Assembly: GCF_036321535.1 (NCBI RefSeq)
Contig: NC_087437.1
Location: forward strand, 101,310,001 to 101,374,000
Direction: 5' to 3'
From: Camelus dromedarius
Taxonomy: Eukaryota
DNA: 64,000 nucleotides
Position numbers and translations under genes: made by a program. Positions 11,555 to 24,732 of the stretch are shown piece by piece. The notes under the pieces are model-generated. The model was not told where the DNA came from. It saw only the letters and a program-made list of their open reading frames with translations, and did no database searches. The first letter of the stretch is position 1; each line of letters opens with the position of its first letter.

Positions 11555-14500
11555 TTGTAAAATAGATGGAAGATGATGTAATTTTCAGCAAGGCTGAATT
11601 CTAGCATTGTCTCCAGGTAAACAAGGTTATTCAAATTTATTCTATCGCTAATTATTTTTAAAATGTAACTTGTAAAATTATTCCACATCTTCATCTTATA
11701 ATAAACTCAGGTGTGGCTTTGAAAATAACTATAAGAAAGAAAAATCCATATTATTTGCTGTACTTAATAAAATGAATATAGCATTCTTATTTTTGGAGGG
11801 GGACATATTTGATTTTGAATATTTTCTTTTCCTCTTGTATTTTTAGACTTTTGTCTCCACTCACTAAATCCTTACACAATCTCATATATTTCCCCTTTAG
11901 ACCAAGCATCTAATTGCCATTTTTATTCTCTGCTTTATAATAGCTGTCATTGGATAATGGAAGAATCAATCACACTTTTTTCCTTTCATGTTCCTGCAGC
12001 AACAGAACTTTATTATTTTTACTCCAGTGACACTCAGAAGCTTGAATCAATATTGACAAAACATCAGATCTTTTTGAAAACCTTACTATGATAGCACTTA
12101 AAGCTTAACCATTTCACATCTTTTATAGCCATGGAAACTCAAAATTTATTTTCCTCTCAAACATATGCATCTTAATCCCTTGGAAAAGCATTCTGTTGCA
12201 TTTGAAATGCAGTCACCATAATTGACTTCCAAGGCACAGAACTAGGATTCATCTCCACATCTGTGAGTAGAATCAAGCCCCAAACAAAGGGAGCTTTATA
12301 ATCAGGTTTCGAAGATTAATGTTTCTTTAGGAGTGGAAACAGATCTTGAGAGCAATCTGATTTCATTCCTACTATTGATAGAAAAGTTGAGTTTCTAGCT
12401 GAACTAGTAGAAAAACTTACTCATAGATAAATGAATACTTTAACCCTGGAAATAATTCACACTTAAACCCTGTTCATCATGGATATTGATTACTAGAAAA
12501 CTCTCCAAACCACATGCATACCAAAACCCACTCCTGCTGAAATGCTTCAGTATTATTCTTGTTGCTTTAATTTTTGTGGTGAGATAGATAATATAAGAGC
12601 CTTTTTTTTTGCATAGTTCACAGTGTGTCATACAATCTCCTGTGTTTTCTTCTAATATATGTATTTTCCGAATCTATTGTCTAATCCCTGAACTTGCCTT
12701 TTTTGTGGTGGGGAGGGGGAGGGGTTGTTTCCTTGGCCCTCATTTACTCTGCCCCTGACAAAATTTATCTGAATCTTGAGCCTTGCTATTAAGCAGTGCT
12801 TCTCAGAGAAGATACATCATTCAATAATTGATCTCACTCTTAGTTATTAAAACATGATGAAAATTGAGAAAAAATTAGTGATGCAGTAAAATAGAAAAAC
12901 AGACTATGGAGAGTGGCTATAAAGATATGCTTTAAAGTCTGTTTATGTGATTATCTTTCGGCCCTCAGAGCAACATGAACTTGTGCTAAACACACAACCT
13001 GTTGGCATCTTCCTCTTTTTGCAATTATGGATACTAAGTCCATGATTGAATTTATTTATTCAATTTTGTGTAAACAGTTGTAGGATGTATGACTGTAGCT
13101 CAGATCTCACGACCCTTGTTCCAGATTTCATTGTTGTGAAGCACACTGCCTGTTTTTCTTTAAATACAAACACGGAGCCTCTCGCCCTCCTTTCTTTCTT
13201 GAACTTTGATTTTCTTTCTGCTCCAATAAATTTTTCTGAACCCTTCACTTGACTTTTTTTGTTGTGAAATCATTGGCTTTAATATCTGAGGCAGCAGGCT
13301 TAACATGTAAGAAAGAGTTAGCACTTTGAAAATTCAATAGTATTTAGTGATTTCCAAAACTTTAAATATTTGAGTTGATGCCATGACCATTAGAATCAAA
13401 AATGATTCTTTAAAAAGATGGTGGTAAACCGTTATAAGCACTATTTCTATCTGTATCTTTTAAATTTGCAGTAGGATATGGACAGTGAGACTATGTTCTT
13501 GGTAAAACCAATTTCCATGGTTTTTCTTTTTGCATTCAGGGTTAAATTGTTACTTGATTTCATGTATAACTCATCACGGTAGCCTGATTATTCATAGAAA
13601 CAACCTGAAAAATTAGTAATAGCAGTTCTTAAAGGAACAATAGACTATACATACATATATATACACACATGTGTGTGCATATCTGCATTTCCTATCTATG
13701 TATGTTGTTCTATCCATTTATCATATTATTTACATATAGTAGCTATCATGTTTGTATAGATACAGATATATAGAGAGAGGTATGTGAATGCTGGAGCTAT
13801 ACCTACTTATCTATACAGAAGTAAATTGCACATCCTTCTTTCAAGCTGAAGTCATTGTAATATGTTTGCATTTATTATTATTAGTTTAAATGTTCTTTTT
13901 AAATAACTACTCCTTGAAAATAAACACAAATTTGATTTTCTCACATGGTATAGGTCAAAGCCCCAAACTTTAGTTTATTTTAGTCTAAGTATGGAATATT
14001 TATGCAGAAGGAAGTTTGTGCAAATAAAATAGAAGTGAAGTTAAATTTCTGGCTCCAAAAAAAGAGTCAAGCGTGACACGAAATACTAAATTTGTGTAAC
14101 CTCCATGATCCATCTAGCAGAACTGAAGTATTCAAAGGGGACAAATATAGATTGATGTTTTAAAAATTACTATAGGGCATAGACTATGTTTTCACTGTAC
14201 AACAAGCCTGACCTATTAGCAGAACATGTCCATGAACAATTAGCATTTTTAAACAAATTTACCCTGCTTCATCATGGTGATGAATTTTGCTGCAAACAGA
14301 GCTGATGATCTGAAATCATGATTGACTTACGAGCACTGTTAGAAATGAGGCAGAAAGTTGCCAAGGAGTCCATTTAGGACAACCAGTAATTACACTGAGA
14401 AGAAATTGTATGAAACTCGAAGAGTGTAAAAGTGTCCACGACACCAGTAACTACATTGAAGGGGAAATGAATATTTTAAAAGATTTGCTTCCACATATGA

Positions 14501-15698
14501 TTTCCCCTCTGAATATTATGTTTTCTTCATCTTCATAACAGAGCTAGCTAATATTATTGCATAGGCATCTGTTTTAAAGTGAAGTAAGAAAACAAGTGAA
14601 CTTCAAATCGGCTATGAAGAGAGTAAAAGAAAGATGGGGAAGTTTTTTTTGTTAATATCAATATAATACCACATAACACAATTTCTGTCACTTATGCATC
14701 TATTTGTGTAATAATTGGTCGGATGAGAATTAACAAATTCATTTCATCACGTAAGCAACTTAAAAATTCCTTGCTTAGTAGGTTATTTTGTTTCATTGGT
14801 TAAACACAGATACATACACAAACAAAAACATACACACATTTAAGTGATTCTATTAATTCTAGCATCTGGATTGTTTTATCAATAAACTATTTAAAACTTA
14901 CCCTCAGAAGCAACTATAGAACTAAATATTTTATTCATTAGAGAGATCATTTATTATAAAGTGTGTAAAAATGTTGAAATTGGCTTTTAAACCTTACTAT
15001 GTACCATTCAAATCAGAATATTTTATTTGCTTATTATAATTCTGAGGAAATACAATATAAGTATATTTTTTGCAGTTATGAATTTTATAATTTATAATTT
15101 AAATGCATTAATAATTTAAATATATTTAAATAGTTGGCTATATACTCTTCACAAATTCAAATACTTTTCCAGGCATATCTAACATTTTGACCTAATGTCT
15201 TCCAAAACATTTATTTAGTGATGGAAACTGAAAATATTTCAAATCATCCTCAAATTGTTCTGCTTATGGCCAGTGGATTAATCTTCCTAAAGTAATGCTT
15301 TTAAAATGTCATTTCCCATTTCAATAATCTGCAATGACTCTTTGCTTCCTATAATATAAAATCCAAAATAAAGTTACCTTAAAACAGATTTAACTTTGTG
15401 GATGCACTTTGAACACTTATATCTTGATTTTTTTAAGCTAGAAAATTATAACCTGGACAATATTAATAAATTATTTTTACCAGCATATTGGAAAGTCCAA
15501 TATTATGGAAATACAAGCAGAGGCACTATAAAAAGGAAATAAAAGATTATCTATTCCAAAAGTATGGGTTTAAGAACAGTATATGATAAATTTGGAGGTT
15601 TATTTTCATAACCAGTACATTTGCAATCCAAACTATGAAATAAATGGCATGCATCTCTTTCAGAGCAAGGTGAAAACTACCAACAATAGAAGCATCAC

Positions 15699-16782
15699 TG
15701 TAACTTTATCCTTAAAGCTGGTTATATTTTTCAAACCATAGTGAGATACTATGCTAAGAGAAAACTATTTCCCAAAAAGAAAAGAGAGATCCAAGTTCAT
15801 CTTGTGACTTTTTCATGTCAGAAGCATAGATTGGAAAACTTTACACAAAAAAAGAAGAATTAGTATGTCAGATAGACAGAATTCCATTGGTACAGAGAGG
15901 CAGGGATAAAACCTATTCATTGCTCTCCAGTAGATAGAGGAAAGGGGAAGACAGAACATGATAAAACTTCTGCTCAGAGAGGTCAGTGTTCTTACTTTTT
16001 CTATTTCTGTTTCTTCTTCTTCTAAATAGCAGTGAGAAAAAAAAATCCAGATATAATTTAAGGAAGCCAAGACTATCAGAGTTGATAGCTTGCTTTATTA
16101 AGAATAGTCTGGAGGTCTGTAAGGTTCTTAAAGAAACTTACATCTCACACTCAGCTGGGGCAATACCTAGTATGTAGTAATAGAGAAATATTGCCCAAGG
16201 AAGGTGTCTAGTTAAGTGAGTCTGTGGGAGAACTCATGGCTCCTGAGGAACTGTGAGTGATGTGCAGCTGACTCAGAAGTTCATTCATGCTTACGTTTGG
16301 AGAAGGGTCATACATGAGCTGAGAGGGTCCACAGATGACAAATTCAGAGGCAACAAATAGAGTTCACAACATTTGTGATCAGAGTCAAATAGATTTCCAG
16401 CGTTATGACTGAAGGACTAGTCAAGATCAGTTTCCACCTCATAGGTTCCAGTTCAGTGAACAAAATAAACAGACCATGAACAAATAGTGGATCTGTGGCT
16501 CCGTTACCCCACCGCCATCAGATCCCTTAAGCCCCCAAATACATCAAAATACCATCTTGCAGGTAATTAGAAAGTCAATGGGGAAGGGATTATATGAAAA
16601 TGTGAACAGCAATTAGAGACAGACAGTTTACATGAAATAAACTGAAATGTAATTAATTGAAAAATTCAGTTCTCTTTATCCTCAGAGGATAGTCATTCAG
16701 GAGAAAAAACTAAGTATGCTTCAGAAAATAAACTAAATTTTCTTTGCATATTTAAGTTGTGTTAACCTTGTTGTTTGTTACA
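15699..16782 (+). mobile_element. Ancient solo LTR, probably Gypsy-type (MamGypLTR-like)
   Basis: Candidate termini TGTAAC (15699) and GTTACA (16777-16782). The 3' end 'agaaaataaactaaattttctttgcatatttaagttgtg' resembles recalled MamGypLTR ends. Confidence 0.45.
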
Positions 16783-16783
16783 T

Positions 16784-17249
16784 AGTATAATTGTTTCTTA
16801 CTTCTGAGGTAACTAATTATCACAAACTTAGTGACTTAACACAGATTTACTTCACAGTTATATATGTCAGAGGTCTCACTGGGCTGAAGTTTCATCATAG
16901 CATGTGTTCATTCCTTCTGGAGTTCTAGGGGACAATCTGTTCCTTTATTTTTTTTTTTTTTCAGCTTCTGAGTCTACCTGCATCCCTTTGCTCATGACCC
17001 CTTCCCCTAGCTTCAAAGCCAGCAGCACAGTATCCTCCAATTTCTTTTTCTCTGACTCTGACACGCCTGCATCCTTCTAATAAAGAGTCTTCTGATTATG
17101 TGGACCTCATTGTGATAATAGAGAATAATCTTCCCATCTCAAGACGCTTAATTAAATCAATTCTGCCAAATTCCTTTTGGCCACATAAACTAGTATAGGG
17201 GGATTAAGATGTGGACCTCTTTGGGAGGGTCATTATTCTGCCTATCACA
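16784..17249 (-). mobile_element. MaLR LTR (MLT1C/D-like)
   Basis: 'cacaaacttagtgacttaa...ccttctggagttctagggga...cttcaaagccagca...aataatcttcccatctcaaga...cattattctgcctatcaca'. Candidate 5-bp TSD tacat/cacat. Confidence 0.85.
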
Positions 17250-17794
17250 CACATGACATATAGACAAAAAGAAAAATCCAAACATTTGTTCTAGCTAACA
17301 GGGTATCATCACTTCAGTATAAAGAAAAACATTGAGATTTGTTGGAGAAACATAAAGAATAAACATATCACACATGTATGAGGTTACAAAATTTTTAATT
17401 TATTCATTTCGAGACCACCTGAAAAATGTCAAATTGTTAAGTTCTGTAGTTAAGTACATGATTGTGGCTATTTTGAACATTTATTCATGCCCTCAAAATA
17501 CAAATTTTGGGCTCATCTTACTCTTTCATATGTGTCTCAGATAAATAGCAAAGAGACTTGGTCAGAAACAATTAGTTTTCTCTTAATAGCTACACTCCTC
17601 ATCTTCATTAGTAACACAAACAGAGTTTGATTCAGCAACATTTCCAATTTGTATAAAGATTATATTTCCCAGCTTGGATTTTAAGTCGATACGGCTTTAT
17701 TATCAAGTTTGGAATATAACAGATACAAAGTAGTCCATAGAATGTCTATGGAGTACTCTGTTCAAAGAAAAGGAATGCACTTCCTCCCTGTAAT

Positions 17795-18022
17795 TGCCAG
17801 AATTGTGAGTTATGATGGCAGATTCAGCAGTGCCATCTTGGATCTTGAGGCATCATTTAAGAATACAGAGCAGTAAAACGAAAGATCTGAAGCTAGTTTA
17901 CCTCCCAAGATGCCTACTCCTGCATTACCCTGTTGTAAGACAGAAGCCAATTTTTATCTTTTCAACAACTATTAGTTTGAATATGTATGTTGTATTCAGT
18001 TGAACTTAAGTCTACCCGACAC
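17795..18022 (+). mobile_element. MaLR LTR fragment (old MLT1)
   Basis: 'tgatggcagattcagcagtgccatcttggatcttgagg...cagagcagtaaaacgaaag' is typical of the MLT1J/K 3' half. Confidence 0.55.
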
Positions 18023-19436
18023 TGCCCTCTTTACAAATCAAATACCCAGTATCAATCAGTGAAAAATGTAGTCTGTCAAATTAAGGTTTCTGCATCAGGT
18101 GAACATTCAAACCTGAAGACTCTCCCTTCATGGGCGATTGCTAAGATTATGTAAGAGTAAGTACAGTCGAGAGGACAAAGATGAAGAAATGGATTTCCCC
18201 ATGTAACAGGATATTATTATGATAAATGAATTTGGTGTTGCAATAGCTGTACATTTTTCTCACTCCTAAAACCTATTAGCTAGTCTATAAGGACTATAAT
18301 CTTTAATATTACTGTTTTTCTTTTCTCATTTTGTGTACCTAAGTTGATTGGAATTTTTTTGTTTGTTTGATTTTGCATGTCCTTGAGTGGAATGGGAGCA
18401 AGAGAAGAGACTGAGTGCCAGCAAACAGAGAATAAGGAATTAGGTACTGGGGGGAAGAAAAGAATAACAACAATGATGAGTAAGTTCTTTGTTTAATGAA
18501 GGCTGAACTCAGCTTCCATAGAAGTGTCCAGCATGGAATGAAATACCTCAAAGGAATGAGAGTATAGTGCACCTAATCCAATGGAGATCCTAGCCTTATC
18601 AGAGATGTCCAGCCTCCAACTCAGTATGGAAGTAGTGGAACCACTGTAGCCAAAGTTATTCTGTGGTTTGGGATGAAGGGATGTCTCCTTGGTAACAGGA
18701 GTTGTCTGATGAACACTAAGGGTAGAGCTCAGTTGTCTGTACTGTTGAATCCACAGATTAATAGGTATTTTTATTTTGATAGGAGCAGCCTATATGTATA
18801 TTTCTACTGTGATAGCCTGAAGGTCAAAATTTTGGCCCCTTAAAATTAAAGAAGGAAATTAAATATTCTACTTGAGTTCTAAGTGTTATAATTTTTATCA
18901 TTTTCTCAGGCATAGATATGGGCAATTTATTACAAGAATTACTCAGACTATTCATATCTCAAGCTTACATTACCCATTCAGTTTTCTCCTCATATAATCT
19001 GTATGACTTTCTACAGGATCAATTTCATTATGACCCTCAAAGTGCCATAGCTCTACTCATGCACCATTGCTCATACAGTTAATCTTCCCAGAATACCCTT
19101 CTCATCCTTCTTCATATGATCTAAATTAAGTTTACAAATCAAGTAATTTGGCAAATATTTTATGAATAATTTTAGTTGATAATATTCTAAAGTCTCTGGT
19201 ATTTTATATTAAAATAATCTTGCAGAGTCTATTGAGAAGCTTTTCACTTTTATATCTCACACATACACATACACACAGTACTCTGAAGTCTGAATAGAAG
19301 CAGAAACTTCTAAAATTCCATTGCATCTTTAAATGGAAAATCATGACATAATCTTCTAGCCACATTACAAATTACCAAATTTTACTCCAGAAGTTTTTCT
19401 TATTCACACACCAGTCAATCATGACTAAGCCCAACT

Positions 19437-19510
19437 TAGATAGATAGATAGATACATACATACATACATACATACATACATACATACATACATACATAAG
19501 TAGATAGATA
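19437..19510. repeat. Compound (TAGA)n(TACA)n tetranucleotide microsatellite
   Basis: Read directly; it abuts the tail of the adjacent L1. Confidence 0.95.
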
Positions 19511-19517
19511 AGCATAC

Positions 19518-20756
19518 TTTTTTTAATTGAAGTATAGTTGGTTTTCAAGGTTGTGTTAGTTTTTAGTGTATAGCAAAATGATTATATATATATATACACA
19601 CACATACACATATATATGTATATCCTTTTCCATTAGAGGTCACTATAAGATATTAAATATATTTCTCTGTGCTATACATATGACCCTGTTATTTATTTAT
19701 TTTTTATGTAATAGTGTTTATCTGTTAATCCAAAACTCCCCATTTATTCCTCCCCAACTGCCCTTTGGTAACCATAAGATTGTTTTCTATGTCAGTGAAT
19801 CTGTTTCTTTTTTGTAAGTAAGTTTATTTGTGTCTTTTTTCAGATTCTACATATAAATGATATCATATATGTCTTTCTCTGTCTGACTTACTTCACTTAG
19901 TATGATAATCTCTAGTTCCATTCATGTTGCTGTAATGGCATCATTTCATTCTTTTTTATGGCTGGGTAGTATTCATATATATATATATATATATATCACA
20001 ACTTTTTTATCCATTCATCTGTTGATGGGCACTTAGTGAAAAAAGATTATACAATCTGAAGAGAAAACAGAGTATGTTGATGGACACTTAGGTTGCTTCC
20101 ATGTCTTGGCCATTGTAAATAATGCTACTGTGAACATTGGAGTGCATGTATCTTTTTGAGTATAGTTTTATCTGGATATTTGTCTAGAAGTAGGGTTGCT
20201 GGATCACATGGTGACTCTATTTTTAGTTTTTTAAGGAACTTCCATGCTGTTCTCCATAGTGGCTGTACCAATTTACATTCCCCCCAACGGTATAAGAAGA
20301 TTCCTTTTTCTCCACACCTCTCCAGCATTTATTAATTGTAGACTTTTTGATGATAGCCAGTCTGACTGGTGTGAGGTGATACCTCATTGTAGTTTTGATT
20401 TGCATTTCTCTAATAATTAGTAATGTTAGCATCTTATTTGTCTATCGGCCATTTGTATTTCTTCTCTGGAGAAATGTCTATTTAGGTCTTCTGCCCAATT
20501 TTGATTGGATTGTTTGGTTTTTTGACATTGAGCTGCATGAGCTGTTTGTATATTTTGTAAATTCAGCCCTTGTCATTCTCATTGTTTACAAATATTTTCT
20601 CCCAGTCTGTAGATTGTCTTTTCCTTTTGTTTATGGTTTCCTTTGCTGTGAAAAAGCTTGTAAGTTTAATTAGGTCCCATTGTTTATTTTGCCTTTATTT
20701 CTTTTGGAAGACTGACCTAGGAAAACATCTCTATAATTTATGTCGAAGAATGTCTT
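19518..20756 (-). mobile_element. 5'-truncated L1 (ORF2 C-terminus + 3' UTR), cetartiodactyl-type
   Basis: ORFs 20223-20432(-) '[36 protein letters not shown]' and 20125-20328(-) '[24 protein letters not shown]' are L1 ORF2 C-terminal motifs. T-tail at 19518; candidate TSD taagcatac (19509-19517) / taggcatac (20757-20765). Confidence 0.95.
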
Positions 20757-20862
20757 TAGGCATACATATTTTGTAATATTTGGCAACTTGATAGACAAAT
20801 CTACCTGTATCTATATCTAGTATAAATTTGAATTTATTTTTATATATCTCACTACTTTGCAT

Positions 20863-20924
20863 GTTTATTTTTATAGTTAGTTTTAATAATTATTTAATAG
20901 TTTATTTTTATAGTTAGTTTTAAT
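20863..20924. repeat. 25-bp exact direct repeat with 12-bp spacer
   Basis: gtttatttttatagttagttttaat at 20863-20887 and 20900-20924. Confidence 0.9.
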
Positions 20925-21021
20925 TAAAACTCCCTGTACAATTTATATTAATTTGTCAAATCTGCTTATTTTTCTTTCAGGGTCATTTTGTCATATTTAA
21001 AAAAATTCTTTCTTACTCTAT

Positions 21022-21368
21022 TGGCTTCATCTGCTTAGGATGCCATAGCAATAAACCATAGACATACAGATTAACAGGAATTTATTTTCTCACAGTTCTA
21101 GAGCCTGAGAACAGAATACCAATATGGTCAGGTTCTCTTGAGAGCTCTCTTCCCAGCTTAAAGGTAGTCACCTCTGACTGTGTCCTCACTTAGTGAAGAG
21201 AGAATGAGTTCTTTTTTGTCTAACTTTATTAGGACACGAATTCCATCATGCGACCCCATCTTTGTTACTTCTTCTAAAACTAAATCCCAAAGACACCACC
21301 TCTAACTTCCCTCACGCTGGCTGTTAGGGCTTCCACATATGAATTTTAGGGGAAATCAGGTCATAGCA
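21022..21368 (-). mobile_element. MaLR LTR (MLT1A-like)
   Basis: 'ctgcttaggatgccatagcaa...aatttattttctcacagttctagag...ctgtgtcctcac...ttagggcttccacatatgaatttt..tcatagca'. Confidence 0.85.
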
Positions 21369-22616
21369 CCTATTTTATATAATCAATGTGATACATTTAC
21401 TTCTCATTTTTTAAAATGTTTATATTTAATTCTTCTAAAATATTTTTGGTACAAAGGGAGAGTTACTTTTTCCAATAAGCAGTACAGAGAAATAGTTGTT
21501 GAACAAGTCCCATAGTATCTGTCACCAGGTTCTAATGCACTTTCAAATGATTTCTTCTTACAAGAAACAGAAAGTGCTTTGGGACAAAATAAAGGGTAAA
21601 TTTTTAGTTGGTAAATTCATAGACAAAATTTTTGTGCTTCATCCAGATTTTACTGAACTCATATCTACTCCTATTTTTCAATACATGTATCATCCAATCC
21701 TGAAAAGTGCATTTTAAAAAAAAAAAATTGCAATTCCAATCCCGGCATTATCACTGCAATGTCCATTTAGCTTGCAGGTGATATTCTCAAACTTCACAGC
21801 TTGGGTCAGGGTGACTCTTCTATGTTACCATTGAATTCTAATAGTCTATCAGTTCTGTTAAAACTGTACTGTCAGCTGAGATCTTGACAGAAGCAAACTA
21901 TGACTTCAACCAAAAGAGTACGGAGACCTGGGCAAGCTCACAAAATATAGCTAGAATAAATTTCTAACACCACTTGGCCCCATCCCAGCATTGAAAAAGA
22001 AAAATTCTTTAACCAAAAGTGATTTAAACAAATTCTAATGTTCTTATATCTCTTAAAAATCATTAAAGTTGATCCTTAGAGAATCCTTTCCCCTTCTTCT
22101 TATTCCCATATCTCTCACCCCATGCCCTGAATACCTCTTGAAAGATAAAGTTTTTTGAAAGTTTTTTTTGAGATAAAAATAAACATTTTGAGATTATTTT
22201 CTAATTTGAGATAAATTACTAGTCAGGATGATTGTTTTGGTGCTGTTATGTGTTCTAGGCAGAATCAATTATATGTCCACAAAGTCTAGTTCAGAAAAGT
22301 TTTTGAACTTAGGGAACTGAAATAAGCTCATTTTACCTAGATCTTGGAGACAATGGTTGGAAAGGCGGCTAGAGATGGAATTAAGCATAACATAAATTCG
22401 CATATTCTATGAAATAACAAACCATTGAAAATATAGAAGGGAATGGCATTTTTAATGTTGGAAACAGAATTCTGTCTTAAGGAAAGAAATTCTCCTTTTT
22501 TCAGTAAAGTACCATAGGAAAGGAGAGTGAAATCTCTAGCACAGGGCTGGATGGACTCATTCAACTTTGCAGAAAAGTAAAATGAATTGATAGACAGTCC
22601 CTGACAACTTGTAGCT

Positions 22617-22813
22617 TTGTGCTATCTGATGCTGTAGGTGCCAGCCACTGTGGTTAAGTGCATTAATTAAAATCAAAGAAAAGTTAAAATTCAGTTTCTC
22701 AGCCATAGTAGCCTCATTTTAAGTGATCAATAGCCACATGTGGCTAGTGACTACTGCAGTGGACAATGCAGACATTGAAAATTCTCATTATCACTGAATT
22801 TCTGACCATACTG
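22617..22813 (+). mobile_element. hAT-Charlie MITE, MER3-like
   Basis: 'aaaattcagtttctcagcca..tagcc.catttt.aagtg.tcaatagccacatgtggctagtg.ctac...tggacaatgcag'. Confidence 0.85.
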
Positions 22814-23169
22814 ATCTAGACATTTAAGGGTTATAAAGAAGCTCAGGAAGATAATTAGCCTGGCCATGGTGGGTTTGTGGCTTTCCACATTAACTGATGA
22901 CTGATGATGAGAATGACAACTGTGGTTTTCAGACAAGAATTGCTAACATTGACTTTAAGTTGATTACTGTTGTTTTCTTCAAAACTTTAGTAACAATATG
23001 CTAAATACAAAGTCCTAAGATAATGCTACCTAGGGAATTTCATAATCAGGCACTTTTATGAGGAATAATGCAAAGCTAAAAGGGGCAGTACACAGACAAA
23101 GAAAAAATATAGGCTAGAGATAGAAATTTAAGTTCAAAAGTAAATAAAAGCCAAGATGGCTTTTTTTAA

Positions 23170-23975
23170 GATGGCCAAAATCTGAAACACTGACACAAAA
23201 TGCTGGGAGGATGTGGAACAACAGAAACTCTCATACATGGTGGAAATGAAAAATGCTATAGCCATTTTGGAAGTTTCCTACAAAACTAAACATGCTTTTA
23301 GCCATACCATTCAGCAACCATATGTCTTAGTATTTACCAAAAGGAGCTGAATACTCATATTCACACAAAAACTTGCACATGGATGTTTAGAGCTTTATGC
23401 ATAATTGCCAAAACTTGGGAGCAATCAAGATGTCCTTCAAAGGTGAATGGATAAATAAACCATGGCATCTCTGAACAATGGGATATTATCCAGCACTGAA
23501 AAGAAATGAGCTATCACACCATGAAAAGACAGACAGGAATCTTAAATGCATAGTAGTAAGTGAAAGAAGTCAATCTGAAAAGGCTGCACACTTTGATTTC
23601 AACTACACAACATTCTAGAAAATACAAAACCATGGAGAAAGTAAAAAGATAAGTGGTTGTTGGGCATACAGTGGGGCTGGGAGAGAGAAAAGGCAGAGAA
23701 CAGAGGATTTTTAGGGCAGTGGAGATACTCTATGATATTGTAATGATGGGTATATATCATAATACAGTTTCAAATCCATAGACTGTACAAATCAAGAGTG
23801 AACTGTAATGTGATCTATGGACTTGGAGTGATTATGATGTGTCAATGTAGGTTCATCTTTGGTAAAAGGTACCATTTGGTGAATGCTAGTGATAATGGGG
23901 ATATGGAAAATCTCTGTACCTTCGTCCCAATTTTGTTGTAAACCTAAAACTGCCCTCAAAAGTAAAGTTAAAAAA
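23170..23975 (+). mobile_element. L1 3' end (L1MC1-like)
   Basis: ORF2 tail 'gaggatgtggaacaacagaaactctcat' and 3' UTR 'cagaggatttttagggcagtg...tgatgtgtcaatgtaggttcatc...aacctaaaactgc'. Degenerate TSD beginning aaagcca (23147 / 23977). Confidence 0.9.
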
Positions 23976-24732
23976 GAAAGCCAGAGGTAGCTAGGAACAG
24001 GGAAAGCCTTTAGGAAACCTCATAAGTAAGAAAAAGGAAGTGCTTTTCCACTTTAAATGAGGTAGGATTTATAGCGACTTTATTTAAACTGTTAAGACAA
24101 AATGATGACAAGCATTAGAAGTAGTCAAGATTCTGAGACCAAGTTTTCAAGGTTTTTAAGAATGGATACAACACATGTTTTAGATTTCTGCATTCAGTGT
24201 GGAGAAAGGAAAGAATCAAGACTATATGTACCAAGGCCAGTTAAGGGGTTATTGTAGTAACAGAGAGACATCTGGTCAATGTAATCCAGTGAATGGGCGA
24301 TGGAAAGAAATATCTGGATTTGAAAACTATTTTAAAAAGTGTTCTCTGTGGGTCACAAAAGTGTCCAGTGGTATTTTGACATTTGAAATAAGAAAAAAAA
24401 ATGAAAAGAAAAGAACAGAAACAATCATGTTTCTGGCCGGAGAACTCAGTTGTATAGTGGTGGCATATATTGAAAATGTTAATATTTTACTGAACCACTT
24501 AGTTTGATTCTTCATTGAACCCTTTGGGGTTATTTTTTTCCATTTTTTCTGAAATATTTTTACTTTTGCATTCCATTTTCTCTCTTTTACATTTCTCTTT
24601 GAGCAGGATATGAAATGGATTCTTTCAATAACAACATGAGTAGATTGTTACTGACATATCCATTTATCCACCTAGAGTTTCAATTCTGAATTGCAGTGCA
24701 TGAGAAAGTAAATACGAACCCAGTCTTCAGGC

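Noticed and set aside
20863..20924. CRISPR-like repeat-spacer unit (also 51660-51701 and 20020-20091)
   Set aside because: Only two copies each, in a eukaryotic context with no cas genes; these are local duplications.
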